DNA of 64,000 bases from an uncultured Poribacteria bacterium (GCA_951813565.1 OX638351.1:2368001-2432000); one strand, 5' to 3'. Shown: positions 28,398 through 38,257, counted from the first letter of the stretch. Notes: generated from the letters alone by a model not told the origin. Numbers and translations: made by a program.

Positions 28398-31280
28398 ATG
28401 ATGAAAAAACTGATTATTATTTTAATGTTAATAGCCTTGCTTTACGTATCGAGCATCGCACAGAAAATTCCTCAATCAGAAAACACAGCACACAAACCTG
28501 ATATAGCAGTTGATACTTACCACCCGGACGACAACGTTGGACATCCCACGTTCATGAGTCCACACGCTTCACCAATTGTAATAAGCGATGGCTATGTTTT
28601 TGTCGTGAATACACCCGCAGATACAGTTGACATCATTGACACCGACACGCATGCCATTGTAAAACGTATCAACGTCGGAATTGATCCCGTCAGTATTGCT
28701 GTCCGTCCCGATGGTAAAGAGGTGTGGGTAGCGAATCATGTTTCGGATTCGGTAAGCGTTATCGATACAAATTCGACGAGTCCGACGTGGCTTCAGATTA
28801 TTGATACGGTACAGGACTTTGACCCCGAAACCCGTGCCACCCGTTTTGACGAACCTGTAGGCATCGCTTTTGCCAGTAATGAGAAAGCCTATGTTGCCCT
28901 CTCCTCCGAAAATCAGATTGCCATTATCAACGTAACCACACGCCAAGTGGACAAAAGACTTGACATCACAGCGCAAGACCCGCGCGCTATCACCGTCCGT
29001 GGGAATCGCCTCTACGTCATTCCTTTTGAGTCTAACAACAAAACGCAGCTTTCAGGTGCTCCCGGTCCGATTGATGGCAAAATGATTACTTTTGATGCAC
29101 AAAAACATGTCATTGACAAAAATAATGTTCTGTCAATAGGGGCAGTGTTAGACATCATCAAACATCCCAAGGTGCCGGACCGTGACTTGTACGTTTTTGA
29201 TACTAAGACAGACGAACTCGTTGAGACTGTTGACACACTCGGCACACTGCTTTATGGCTTGACAGTTGATTCCAAAGGACAAGTATTCATTGCGCAGACA
29301 GACGCTCGTAACGATGCCAACGGTTTGTCAGGAACAAAAAATCATGGTCTGGCAGAGTTGGAGAATAGGGCATTTTTGAACCAGATTACAAGCGTCAGTT
29401 TCAACAGCGATTCTGCTAAAGAGCCAAATTTTATTGATCTTGAACCATTGCCACCAGAGCATCCGAAACAAGGTGAGGCCTTAGCAACACCTTTTGCGAT
29501 TCAAATCAGTGATGACGATACCACGTTGGTTGTATCTGCGGCAGGGTCAGATAAACTCTTTACTGTTGATGCTGCCAGCGGGAAGATTCTTGGGCGCGTT
29601 GATGTTGACGCGGTGCCGCGAGGCATTGCACTTGAGTCTAATGTTGAAGGTAAACCTTCCCGTGCTTGGGTTTTCAATGCGGTGGCAAACACGGTATCCC
29701 TCGTCAATCTGTCAGATCTCATTCGTCCAGAGGCAGTTGAGAGTATTCCATTAGAAGATCCTACACATCCCGCCGTTAAGCGTGGACGAATCGTCTTCAA
29801 CGATGCCGATGCATCTACTACCGGCACTTTTTCTTGTGCAAGTTGCCATCCTGATGGACATACCGATCAACTGCTCTGGGTATTAGAAACACCGATTGTC
29901 ACAGGTGCGAAACAGATTATGCCGCGTTCAACGATGCCTGTCCGTGGCTTGCGCGACACTGAACCTTATCACTGGGATGGTATTCCTGGTGACCCTTACG
30001 GAGGCAATAACAGCGCGAACGTTTATAAAAAAGTTGAACCCAACAGCATCCTTGGCAACCCGGAAAGTAGTGTTCGACATCTTATAGACGGAAGTCTTGC
30101 TACGACGATGAGCATGGTAGGTGTTGCGGTTGAAAATGATGAGGGCAAACGTGGCGCATTGACAAAAGTTGAACGTGACGATTTGGCGATATTCCTACTG
30201 AATGTTCTCTATCCACCCGCACAAAGACGTGCCTACACAAACGTTTTGTCAAACGAAGCACAAAAAGGATTCAAGTTATTCCATATTGACGGTGACCTAC
30301 AAGGAAAACCTGAACCGAATGTCTGCGGTGACTGCCATCGCATGCCGTTTTGGGTGAGTACCAACACACCAGGGACCGGAATGGAAGCCCCCACATGGCG
30401 CGGTGCTTATGACCGTTGGCTTATCCTTCCACAGGGAAGACTAAACTTAATTGATTTTGATTTCTATCAACGGGTTGCAGAACGTGGGATTCCTGAACAA
30501 CGTGTATGGCAATTCTCGTGGGCTGGCAGAAAACGTTTCGACCCCGTCTGGAACATGGTATTGGAAGGCAGTACCGGTTTTTCCGGTGCTTTCGCTCGGC
30601 AAGTTACACTCAATAAGGAATCTGCCCTCACCCGACCTACTCGTGACATATTGAACACATTGGAACTATCTGCAAAGGAAGGCGGCATTATGCTTCTCGG
30701 CGAAGGTGTGCTCATTGATGGCGACAAATCTACACCTGTTACACTTCAGTTCAAAGAGGGTAAATATGTCAAAAAAGATGATGACCACAAAACCTTTACC
30801 CGAGCACAATTGGTTTTGTTCGCTTCTGATGGTAAATTCGTTGGCACTTTTACTGCGCGGCATGGCGCAAAGGTGGGTATTGATAATCCACAGCCAGGGA
30901 TTTGGACTTTAGGGCCAATTGAAGCACAACGCGGACATCAGGATTTTCCTGTTCTGTCACCTGATAATACCACGATGACAGTCAGTGGTCGGCACATCCA
31001 CGAAGGTGCACATCTTTACGTTAATGGAAGGCGAGTAGATGGCACCATTACCTCTCAACAAGGAAAGTTTTTTGACTTAGATTTCACCGTTAAATTAGAA
31101 AAATTGCCAGAAGTTGGTATGCACTTACTCCAGATCCAAAATCCGGACGGGATGTTCAGTAACGACTTCATCTTCCATGTCGCTGAAGAAAAGAAGGGCG
31201 ATGACGCTAAAGTAAACTCTCGGAAATCTAAAAAAAGTGTTGAATTCCTAAAGCAAATTCTTGAAAAACCTAAGAAATAG
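28398..31280 (+). CDS. Secreted YVTN/YncE beta-propeller fused to a di-heme c-type cytochrome domain
   Basis: Signal peptide; VGIDPVSIAVRPDGKEVWVANHVSDSVSVID; heme motifs CASCH and CGDCH. Confidence 0.85.
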   Translation: MMKKLIIILMLIALLYVSSIAQKIPQSENTAHKPDIAVDTYHPDDNVGHPTFMSPHASPIVISDGYVFVVNTPADTVDIIDTDTHAIVKRINVGIDPVSIAVRPDGKEVWVANHVSDSVSVIDTNSTSPTWLQIIDTVQDFDPETRATRFDEPVGIAFASNEKAYVALSSENQIAIINVTTRQVDKRLDITAQDPRAITVRGNRLYVIPFESNNKTQLSGAPGPIDGKMITFDAQKHVIDKNNVLSIGAVLDIIKHPKVPDRDLYVFDTKTDELVETVDTLGTLLYGLTVDSKGQVFIAQTDARNDANGLSGTKNHGLAELENRAFLNQITSVSFNSDSAKEPNFIDLEPLPPEHPKQGEALATPFAIQISDDDTTLVVSAAGSDKLFTVDAASGKILGRVDVDAVPRGIALESNVEGKPSRAWVFNAVANTVSLVNLSDLIRPEAVESIPLEDPTHPAVKRGRIVFNDADASTTGTFSCASCHPDGHTDQLLWVLETPIVTGAKQIMPRSTMPVRGLRDTEPYHWDGIPGDPYGGNNSANVYKKVEPNSILGNPESSVRHLIDGSLATTMSMVGVAVENDEGKRGALTKVERDDLAIFLLNVLYPPAQRRAYTNVLSNEAQKGFKLFHIDGDLQGKPEPNVCGDCHRMPFWVSTNTPGTGMEAPTWRGAYDRWLILPQGRLNLIDFDFYQRVAERGIPEQRVWQFSWAGRKRFDPVWNMVLEGSTGFSGAFARQVTLNKESALTRPTRDILNTLELSAKEGGIMLLGEGVLIDGDKSTPVTLQFKEGKYVKKDDDHKTFTRAQLVLFASDGKFVGTFTARHGAKVGIDNPQPGIWTLGPIEAQRGHQDFPVLSPDNTTMTVSGRHIHEGAHLYVNGRRVDGTITSQQGKFFDLDFTVKLEKLPEVGMHLLQIQNPDGMFSNDFIFHVAEEKKGDDAKVNSRKSKKSVEFLKQILEKPKK

Positions 31281-31319
31281 TAATAAGCAAACGTATATCC
31301 ACAAGGAGGTAACGTTATT

Positions 31320-31436
31320 ATGGAAGGTTACGGTTTAGGTCTCAGCATAGGTTTAGCTGCCGTAATAGCATCTACAAGCGGTAACACTCGAAAGAAAGTT
31401 GAACGACAATTACGCAACGCAATGTTTGATGTATGA
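31320..31436 (+). CDS. Putative small protein (38 aa), not in the ORF track
   Basis: AAGGAGGT RBS; MEGYGLGLSIGLAAVIASTSGNTRKKVERQLRNAMFDV. Confidence 0.5.
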   Translation: MEGYGLGLSIGLAAVIASTSGNTRKKVERQLRNAMFDV

Positions 31437-31461
31437 AAGTAATTCTAAAACCTACTATAAA

Positions 31462-31785
31462 AACCTAAGTTGCTACCTATGTAGCACAAACTTTTAGTGG
31501 AGTGTCTACCGAAATTTTGCGGGTAAAGGTCGCGATTCGGAGATCGCTCCTACAGAACACCCCTCTTTGTAGGAGGGAACTCCGATTCCCGACTACTGAC
31601 ACGAATCGCAATTTTAGTGTAGACAGAACATTAGTTTGTGTCATAAGGGCGCAAACTGAAAGTGCTATCAACGGTATGAATGCCTTAATGGCATTCCCCG
31701 TGCTACAAAATCTATGCTAATAGTGAACTATCCGATTAAAAAGGTGTTTTTTATGTCAATTATCTTGTAGGTAGCAACTTGAGTT
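31462..31785. mobile_element. MITE with nested REPs, an inner MITE and a 36-bp AATCAAC-type element
   Basis: TIRs AACCTAAGTTGCTACCTA / TAGGTAGCAACTTGAGTT with 5-bp TSD ATAAA; inner element 31499-31629; hairpin insert 31664-31699. Confidence 0.8.
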
Positions 31786-31806
31786 ATAAAAGGAGGTTAT
31801 GGACAG

Positions 31807-32571
31807 ATGAAAGTCGTAATGGCGAACCTAATGCTCGCGTGCGTCAGTTTAATTGTTCTGTGTCTAATGTTTGCCAGTTTCAGCAGTGCTGAATTGGATC
31901 CAAAAACTGTTGTTGGGATGTGGCTCTTTGATGAGAATAAGGGTAATACAGCGAAGGATTCCTCTGAAAGTGCCAATGACGGGAAACTTATGAACAGTCC
32001 GAAATGGACAAAGGACGGTAAGTTTGGATCCGCGCTGGAATTTGATGGAAATGAGAGTAAAGGCCATGTAGTCGTCGGCAATTTAGGGTTGTCTGGGAAG
32101 ATTACATTGGTTCTGTGGGCGAAACCGAGTGATGCTGCCGATGATGATCGGTTAATATCGAATCTCAGTGGGCCAACGAATCCTGCCTTCGCAATTCGGT
32201 TCCAAAGTGGCGCAGTTGACATTTGGGGCAGGGCGTGGAAACCCATCATCCCAAAATTTGATGACAATAAATGGGGACACTATGCGTTTGTATTGAATGG
32301 CGAGGGAAACGCGACGGGTTATTACAATGGCAAAGAAGAGGACACAGTTGTCGATACCTATATTTTCACGGATATCGGTATCGGGGCGACTTTTTTGCAT
32401 CAATGGGGACAATATTTTTCAGGTGTTTTTGATGAGGTGGCGTTTTTCAATGTCGCGTTGACTGAAGATGATATTAAAATTGTCATGACAAGAGGACTCA
32501 AATCCGCTTTGGCGGTTTACCCCGCAGGTAAATTAGCCACTACTTGGGGAAATATAAAAGCCAACCGGTAA
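31807..32571 (+). CDS. Secreted LamG-like jellyroll protein
   Basis: Signal peptide; GMWLFDE..G..AKDSS, GKFGSALEFDG, FSGVFDEVAFFNVAL; C-terminal AVYPAGKLATTWGNIK. Confidence 0.9.
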   Translation: MKVVMANLMLACVSLIVLCLMFASFSSAELDPKTVVGMWLFDENKGNTAKDSSESANDGKLMNSPKWTKDGKFGSALEFDGNESKGHVVVGNLGLSGKITLVLWAKPSDAADDDRLISNLSGPTNPAFAIRFQSGAVDIWGRAWKPIIPKFDDNKWGHYAFVLNGEGNATGYYNGKEEDTVVDTYIFTDIGIGATFLHQWGQYFSGVFDEVAFFNVALTEDDIKIVMTRGLKSALAVYPAGKLATTWGNIKANR

Positions 32572-32583
32572 GGGCCAAACTAA

Positions 32584-34029
32584 GTGCAAAGTAACCTTCA
32601 TCAGCGTTTTCTGTTACAGGTAGAGTCTGGTTTACTCCCGACACTTTTCGTCGCCATGATAATGGTAGTGGTAATCGTCTCGATTTCCCACGCGGAAGAT
32701 CAAGTCGCCGGTCACTGGGAGGGACAGATCAACGTTCCGATCCAACCTTTATCGATAAAGGTTGATCTCTCCATCAAAGACAACAATTGGAGCGGCACCA
32801 TTGATATTCCTACCCAAGGTGCTAAAGGTTTACCGTTATCTAACATCTATATTGAAGAAACCGATGATAATATTAGTGTCAAATTTGTAATCCGTGGCGT
32901 GCCGGGCAATCCCACCTTTGCAGGACATCTAAACGATGACATCATTAGTGGCAAATTCACCCAAGGTGGTGCCACATTCGACTTCAAACTTTCCCCCGAC
33001 ATCATTGTTGAACCTGCAAGACCTCAGGAGCCAAAACCACCATTTCCCTACAAAATCGAAGAAATTGCGTTTAAAAACGTAACCATCAACCTTGCCGGCA
33101 CTTTGACGTTACCACTTGGTGATGGCCCTTTTCCCGCAGTACTGCTTATCTCTGGTAGCGGTTTGCAGGACCGGGATCAGACGTTGTTCGGACACAAACC
33201 TTTTTGGGTAATTGCTGATTACTTGACTCGTGCGGGTATTGCCGTGCTACGCGTTGATGACCCAGGTATCGGCAAGTCAACACCACATCCAGAGCCACCA
33301 ACAACAGCAGACTTCGCGACCGACGTGGAAGCGGGTGTTGATTTTCTCAAGGAGGATAACCGAATCAGTTCTGTTGGACTAATTGGTCATAGTGAAGGAG
33401 GTGCCGTTGCCGCCATCGTTGCCAGTCGCAGTGAAGACATAAATTTTATCGTGCTAATGGCTGCCCCTGGAGTCCTTGGTGCTGAACTCTTGCGCAAACA
33501 GAACGAACGCATCTTTGACGCGATGGGACTCGCGAAGGAACATAAACAGGCTTTACTAACGCTTCTTGATCAGTTGTTTACAACATTAGCCTCGGATATG
33601 GCAGATGATGAACTACGACAGCAGATCGGTGTTATTGTTCGCAAGCAGTTTGAGGCAAACGGTGTTCCCATTACCCAACAGGACGAAACACAAGTGCAAG
33701 CAGCAGTCGAACAAGTTCTTAACCCATGGATGCGGTATTTTCTTGCATTCAATCCAGAACCTGTCCTCAAAAAAGTCAAGGTGCCTGTATTAGCACTTAA
33801 CGGAGAACTCGATGTGCAGGTTGATGCAGAACAAAACCTCACTGGTATCGTTACTGCTCTTGAACAAGGCGGAAATCGCAATGTCACGGCACATCGCCTA
33901 CCGAAACACAACCACCTATTCCAACGGGCGACTACAGGTCTGGTTAATGAGTACGCCACTATTGAAGAAACAATCTCACCAAAAGTCCTAAAACTAATTA
34001 GAGACTGGGTATTGTCAGTAACGCAGTAA
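32584..34029 (+). CDS. Secreted alpha/beta hydrolase (serine aminopeptidase/esterase-like)
   Basis: LISGSG.QDRD, nucleophile elbow GHSEGG, NGELDVQV, HNHLFQ; start uncertain. Confidence 0.88.
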   Translation: MQSNLHQRFLLQVESGLLPTLFVAMIMVVVIVSISHAEDQVAGHWEGQINVPIQPLSIKVDLSIKDNNWSGTIDIPTQGAKGLPLSNIYIEETDDNISVKFVIRGVPGNPTFAGHLNDDIISGKFTQGGATFDFKLSPDIIVEPARPQEPKPPFPYKIEEIAFKNVTINLAGTLTLPLGDGPFPAVLLISGSGLQDRDQTLFGHKPFWVIADYLTRAGIAVLRVDDPGIGKSTPHPEPPTTADFATDVEAGVDFLKEDNRISSVGLIGHSEGGAVAAIVASRSEDINFIVLMAAPGVLGAELLRKQNERIFDAMGLAKEHKQALLTLLDQLFTTLASDMADDELRQQIGVIVRKQFEANGVPITQQDETQVQAAVEQVLNPWMRYFLAFNPEPVLKKVKVPVLALNGELDVQVDAEQNLTGIVTALEQGGNRNVTAHRLPKHNHLFQRATTGLVNEYATIEETISPKVLKLIRDWVLSVTQ

Positions 34030-34440
34030 AATTGATTTGGAAGAGGCGTATTCGATTTTTTATCAATCTTTCGATTTAGATGATATCCATATTTTGAATT
34101 CATTTTATGCACTCTTTCCAATCTAATATTGTGTCTTATAATTATGAAAGGTATCACACACCATTGTTTTGGAAAACCATGTCAAGCATCTTGCGTAAGT
34201 CTGTTTCACTTTAGAACCACCTACACTTTTATTTGCGTTTTCCATTTCTATTCTGGTATACTATTTCATAACGAAATTTTGAGGCATGCGCTAACGCTGT
34301 AAAAATATATGTCAATCACGGAATGTCTATTATTCACTCAGTAATTGTTGCGTTGATTCAGACATCTCAGTTCAGACAATAAACTCCACACATTAAAAAA
34401 ATATTTTCAATCGGTCACTCAGATCTTTTTAACGAGGTCA

Positions 34441-35898
34441 TTGATGGTTATAAATCGTTTTGAAAAAATAACATTTCTGCTTTTGGGTGGTATTGTATTA
34501 TCCATTCTCACAAGTTGCTACACCGAGCCTCCTCCACCCCCTCAATCAAAAAGAACCGTAAACCGTCAAAATTTCAGGAACCGTCAAAGTTATGCAAACA
34601 TTCCTTGGCCGCATACATCTAATTTACCCATTGTGGTTATTGATACATTTGGTCGATGGATTCCTGACGAACCCAAGATTCCGGCACAGATGAAAATTAT
34701 TTACGATGAATCTGGCGGCAGAAACAGTTTGGACAATCCTCACATTCATTTTGAAGGCAAAATCGGTATAGAAGTTAGAGGACAAACTTCACAAGGGTTT
34801 CCGAAAAAGCAATACGGTTTTGAATTTCAAGACGATAAGGGCAATGACAAAGATGTGTCCATATTCCAATTGCCAGCCGAATCTGATTGGGTGCTGAATG
34901 GTCCCTATTCGGATAAAACGCTTATGCGGAACTACTTGGCTTTTGAATTTAGCAATCGAATCGGCAGCTACGCAACCAGAACAAAGTTTGTTGAGGTATT
35001 TCTCAATACGAATCGCGATAAGACAATTAAAGCACAACATTATGTCGGGGTCTATCTGCTCATAGAAAAGATCAAACGTGGAAAAGAACGTATTCCTATT
35101 CAATCTTTGAAACCCACCCATAACAAGCCTCCTGAAATCACTGGGGGCTATATCATAAAAATTGATAAAATGGATAGAAATGAAATTTTCTTCTACACTC
35201 GGCGCGGCACACATCTTGCGCATGTATATCCGAAGGGGCGCGAAATGACTCATGCACAAAGAGGGTGGATTCAAAACTATATGAGCGAATTTGAAGCCAC
35301 CTTAACCAGCCCGAAGTTCAAAGACCCAAAGCACGGATATGCCAAGTATATTGATATAGATTCTTTTATTGATCATTTTATCATCAATGAACTTTTTAAA
35401 AACACGGATGGATTTCGCTTCAGCGCATACATGTACAAAGATAGAGGTGGAAAACTAAAAGCGGGACCAGTCTGGGATTTCAATTTATCGATGGGTAATA
35501 CTATTTTCCATAACGGTTGGGAAACCAATAGTTGGCTCATTTATACAAATCCTGTTCCTTTCTGGTGGGATCGGCTGTTATCGGACGAAAACTTTAAAAA
35601 GAAACTTGTTAAGAAGTGGAAGACACTTCGAAAAAATGAACTCGCTACATCAGAAATCCTTGGCGAAATTAATCGAACAGTAAAATACCTTTCAGAAGCA
35701 CAAAAACGAAACTTCCAAAGATGGCGTGTGCTGGGCCATTCACTTTTTGGTAACCCTGGACCAGGACGCCTTACATATCAAGGTGAAGTGGACGAGATGA
35801 AAACTTGGATAAAAACTCGATTGGAATGGATGGACAGAAACATTGAATTGTTGCCTCAAAAACAAAAGTATCAATATTCTCGAAGGCATCGATACTAA
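34441..35898 (+). CDS. CotH kinase family lipoprotein
   Basis: Lipobox LTSC; RGQTS..FPKK.Y, DWVL..PYSDKTLMRNYLA, GPVWDFNLSMGN. Confidence 0.88.
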   Translation: MMVINRFEKITFLLLGGIVLSILTSCYTEPPPPPQSKRTVNRQNFRNRQSYANIPWPHTSNLPIVVIDTFGRWIPDEPKIPAQMKIIYDESGGRNSLDNPHIHFEGKIGIEVRGQTSQGFPKKQYGFEFQDDKGNDKDVSIFQLPAESDWVLNGPYSDKTLMRNYLAFEFSNRIGSYATRTKFVEVFLNTNRDKTIKAQHYVGVYLLIEKIKRGKERIPIQSLKPTHNKPPEITGGYIIKIDKMDRNEIFFYTRRGTHLAHVYPKGREMTHAQRGWIQNYMSEFEATLTSPKFKDPKHGYAKYIDIDSFIDHFIINELFKNTDGFRFSAYMYKDRGGKLKAGPVWDFNLSMGNTIFHNGWETNSWLIYTNPVPFWWDRLLSDENFKKKLVKKWKTLRKNELATSEILGEINRTVKYLSEAQKRNFQRWRVLGHSLFGNPGPGRLTYQGEVDEMKTWIKTRLEWMDRNIELLPQKQKYQYSRRHRY

Positions 35899-36078
35899 AT
35901 TAAGGTGCGTCCTGAAACGACTGCGCAGTTGACCAATTATTCAAATCTATTTAACCAGAAACATGGATACCGTATCATTAGCAAATACCAGCGATGTGTA
36001 TTTTTATGAACTACGAGCAGATTTTATTTACCTTTGCACGAAGTGATTATTTTGAAGTAATAATGTAAGGACTCCTCA

Positions 36079-36125
36079 CTGCCCCATTTCGTGCAATCGG
36101 CATAAAGTCTGCCCCTTTTTGTGCA
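36079..36125 (+). promoter_or_regulatory. Tandem putative enhancer (bEBP) binding sites
   Basis: CTGCCCCATTTCGTGCA and CTGCCCCTTTTTGTGCA, 30 bp apart, upstream of a -24/-12 motif. Confidence 0.5.
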
Positions 36126-36161
36126 GTTCTCCAAAGAATCCAGCAGTCTCGTCTTGTTAAA

Positions 36162-36178
36162 CTGGCATAGAATTTGCT
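36162..36178 (+). promoter_or_regulatory. Putative sigma54 (-24/-12) promoter
   Basis: CTGGCATAGAATTTGCT, GG-N10-GC spacing, intergenic. Confidence 0.65.
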
Positions 36179-36202
36179 TTTATTGTATACGCATCTTAGT
36201 AT

Positions 36203-36460
36203 AACGACTTGTGCCAGTTAACATTTTGTTTTGTTGGTTTTCACATATATTTGCCTTTGTGCTATAAACATATCGTCCCTACCAAATCAACGCCAAATGC
36301 GCGTGTGGCATTTGGCGGGACTAAAGAGTGCTCGTCCAATCATTTTCTATAAACATATCGTCCCTACGGGACTGAAGAACATATAAATATATGATAATGA
36401 CTTACAAACATTTCTTTTGTGAAATAAAGTTCTACAAATGGTTATTTAGCACAACTCGTT
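36203..36460. mobile_element. MITE containing a REP doublet
   Basis: TIRs AACGACTTGTGC / GCACAACTCGTT, 5-bp TSD AGTAT. Confidence 0.8.
36283..36316 (+). mobile_element. 34-bp AATCAAC-hairpin element inserted in a REP
   Basis: CAAATCAAC-GCCAAATGC-GCGTGTG-GCATTTGGC; empty target copy at 36347-36377. Confidence 0.85.
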
Positions 36461-36506
36461 AGTATAGGAACATGGTTAAAATAGTTGTAACTAACCGATA
36501 ACCGAT

Positions 36507-38042
36507 ATGAAACACATCTATCTAACAATCCTATTATTTCCCTTCGTTACGATATTGGTTTTGCCGACTGTGACCTACGCAGAAAAAAATGGAAATAAAA
36601 CGCATTGGAATCAATTTCGTGGCCCAAACGGAAGCGGTGTGATAAAAACTGCCAATGTTCCTATCAACTTTGGTCCCGACATAAACATCCTATGGAAAAA
36701 GAAAATGGAAGGAGGACAGTCCTCTCCTGTTATTTGGGGCAACCGCATTTTTGTCACGACTTTTTCGCCCGAAAACAGAGATCAACTTACAGTCGTTTGT
36801 CTTGATCGGCAGAATGGAAGCATCTTGTGGCGTAAATCGGTTAGTACCCGAAAAAACGCACAGTATTTTCCGTTGCTAAACGGTCCCGCTTCACCCACAC
36901 CAGCAGCTGACCACAAACACGTTTACGCTTACTTCGGCACCTACGGTATCCTCTGCTATACCCATGGTGGAGACAAGGTTTGGGAACGTCAAATTGACCC
37001 ACCTGTGAGTCAATACGGAATGTCTGTCTCACCGATACTGTATAAAGATACGGTTATCCTCGTTTTAGACGACAACAGGGGAAATTCTCGACTTCTCGCT
37101 ATGAATCGAGACACAGGTAACACCGTCTGGGAACAACCGCGTCTCTTCTTTCAAGCGGGCTGGTCCACCCCGATGCTCTGGCAGCATGAATTTCGTGATG
37201 AACTTGTTGTGCTGGGATATAAGAAGTTGGCTTCCTACAACCCTGTGAACGGTGAAGAATTATGGTGGGCTGGCGGATTTTCTGTTGAAACCATTGGTAT
37301 CCCTGTCGTAGGGGAAGGGCTTCTTTTTGTAAGTGACGCTGCTGCAGGTGGGCGCGGTGAAACCGAATGGGATGCTGAGGCATCATGGAAAATTACACTT
37401 GAAGATTTTGATAAGAACAAAGACAACAAGATACAACGCGAAGAAATGGCAAAAGGCTTTAGAATCCCTTTGCGAAGCGAATTGGAGAAACATGAACTCG
37501 GTTCTGCATATCCGATTGGGCCTCGACAGGTTGGTGGTTGGTTCAGGCATTTGGATAAAGACAAAGACGGCGAACTGAGCAAAACAGACTGGCTGGAACT
37601 TATGTCCGAATTTGCTATGGAGAGCCAGCCAACGCTCATTGCAATAAAACCGGGTGCGGAAGGAAACGCTCGACCGCTGAACGTGGCGTGGGAAATCAAT
37701 AGTGGCATACCTGAAATACCTTCGCCACTTTATTGTCAGGGGAAAGTTTATCTGCTGCGAAAAGGAGGCATTCTGACATGTATTCAGGCAGCAGACGGCA
37801 AACAGCTTTTTCGTGAACGCATTGGGGCAAGGGGACAGTATATTGCCTCACCTATCGCCGCAGGGAATAAACTGATCGCGGCATCACAACGAGGCATGGT
37901 CACGGTGATTCAAATCGGAGATACACTTGAGGTCCTTGCAAGGAACAACTTCGGAGAAGAGATTGTCGCGACACCAGCAATCGCGGAAAATACAATATAC
38001 CTGCGAACAGCCAATCACCTATACGCCATTGGTAAATATTAA
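36507..38042 (+). CDS. Secreted PQQ-like beta-propeller protein with EF-hand insert
   Basis: WNQFRGPNGSG, SSPVIWGNRIFVT, DKNKDNKIQREE, DKDKDGELSKTD, ATPAIAENTIYLRT. Confidence 0.9.
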   Translation: MKHIYLTILLFPFVTILVLPTVTYAEKNGNKTHWNQFRGPNGSGVIKTANVPINFGPDINILWKKKMEGGQSSPVIWGNRIFVTTFSPENRDQLTVVCLDRQNGSILWRKSVSTRKNAQYFPLLNGPASPTPAADHKHVYAYFGTYGILCYTHGGDKVWERQIDPPVSQYGMSVSPILYKDTVILVLDDNRGNSRLLAMNRDTGNTVWEQPRLFFQAGWSTPMLWQHEFRDELVVLGYKKLASYNPVNGEELWWAGGFSVETIGIPVVGEGLLFVSDAAAGGRGETEWDAEASWKITLEDFDKNKDNKIQREEMAKGFRIPLRSELEKHELGSAYPIGPRQVGGWFRHLDKDKDGELSKTDWLELMSEFAMESQPTLIAIKPGAEGNARPLNVAWEINSGIPEIPSPLYCQGKVYLLRKGGILTCIQAADGKQLFRERIGARGQYIASPIAAGNKLIAASQRGMVTVIQIGDTLEVLARNNFGEEIVATPAIAENTIYLRTANHLYAIGKY

Positions 38043-38114
38043 TCCTAATTGTTCGATGGCATTTTTCAGAATTATGCAACCATTTCTCTCCCTACAGGCG
38101 TCACTATATTATGA

Positions 38115-38179
38115 TATGTCTTACGCAAATAATTAGAATCGGAGTGCCTTTAATTTACACCAATATTGCGTAAGTCAAT
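38115..38179. mobile_element. Degenerate 65-bp MITE related to the IS701 ends
   Basis: CTTACGCAA...TTGCGTAAG inverted repeats matching the IS701 TIR core; flanks TATGA/TATAA. Confidence 0.55.
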
Positions 38180-38257
38180 TATAATCATAAGAGTCAAAGA
38201 TGTTAACTGCTACATTGAAGAAACTAAGAACCAATAACTAATTAAAAGGGAATAAAT

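Noticed and set aside
17982..36316. Integron attC sites or group II intron domain V as the identity of the 34-bp units
   Set aside because: Too short for attC, with no paired RYYYAAC/GTTRRRY ends and no cassette ORFs. No catalytic triad plus GNRA-loop domain V pattern and no intron RT.
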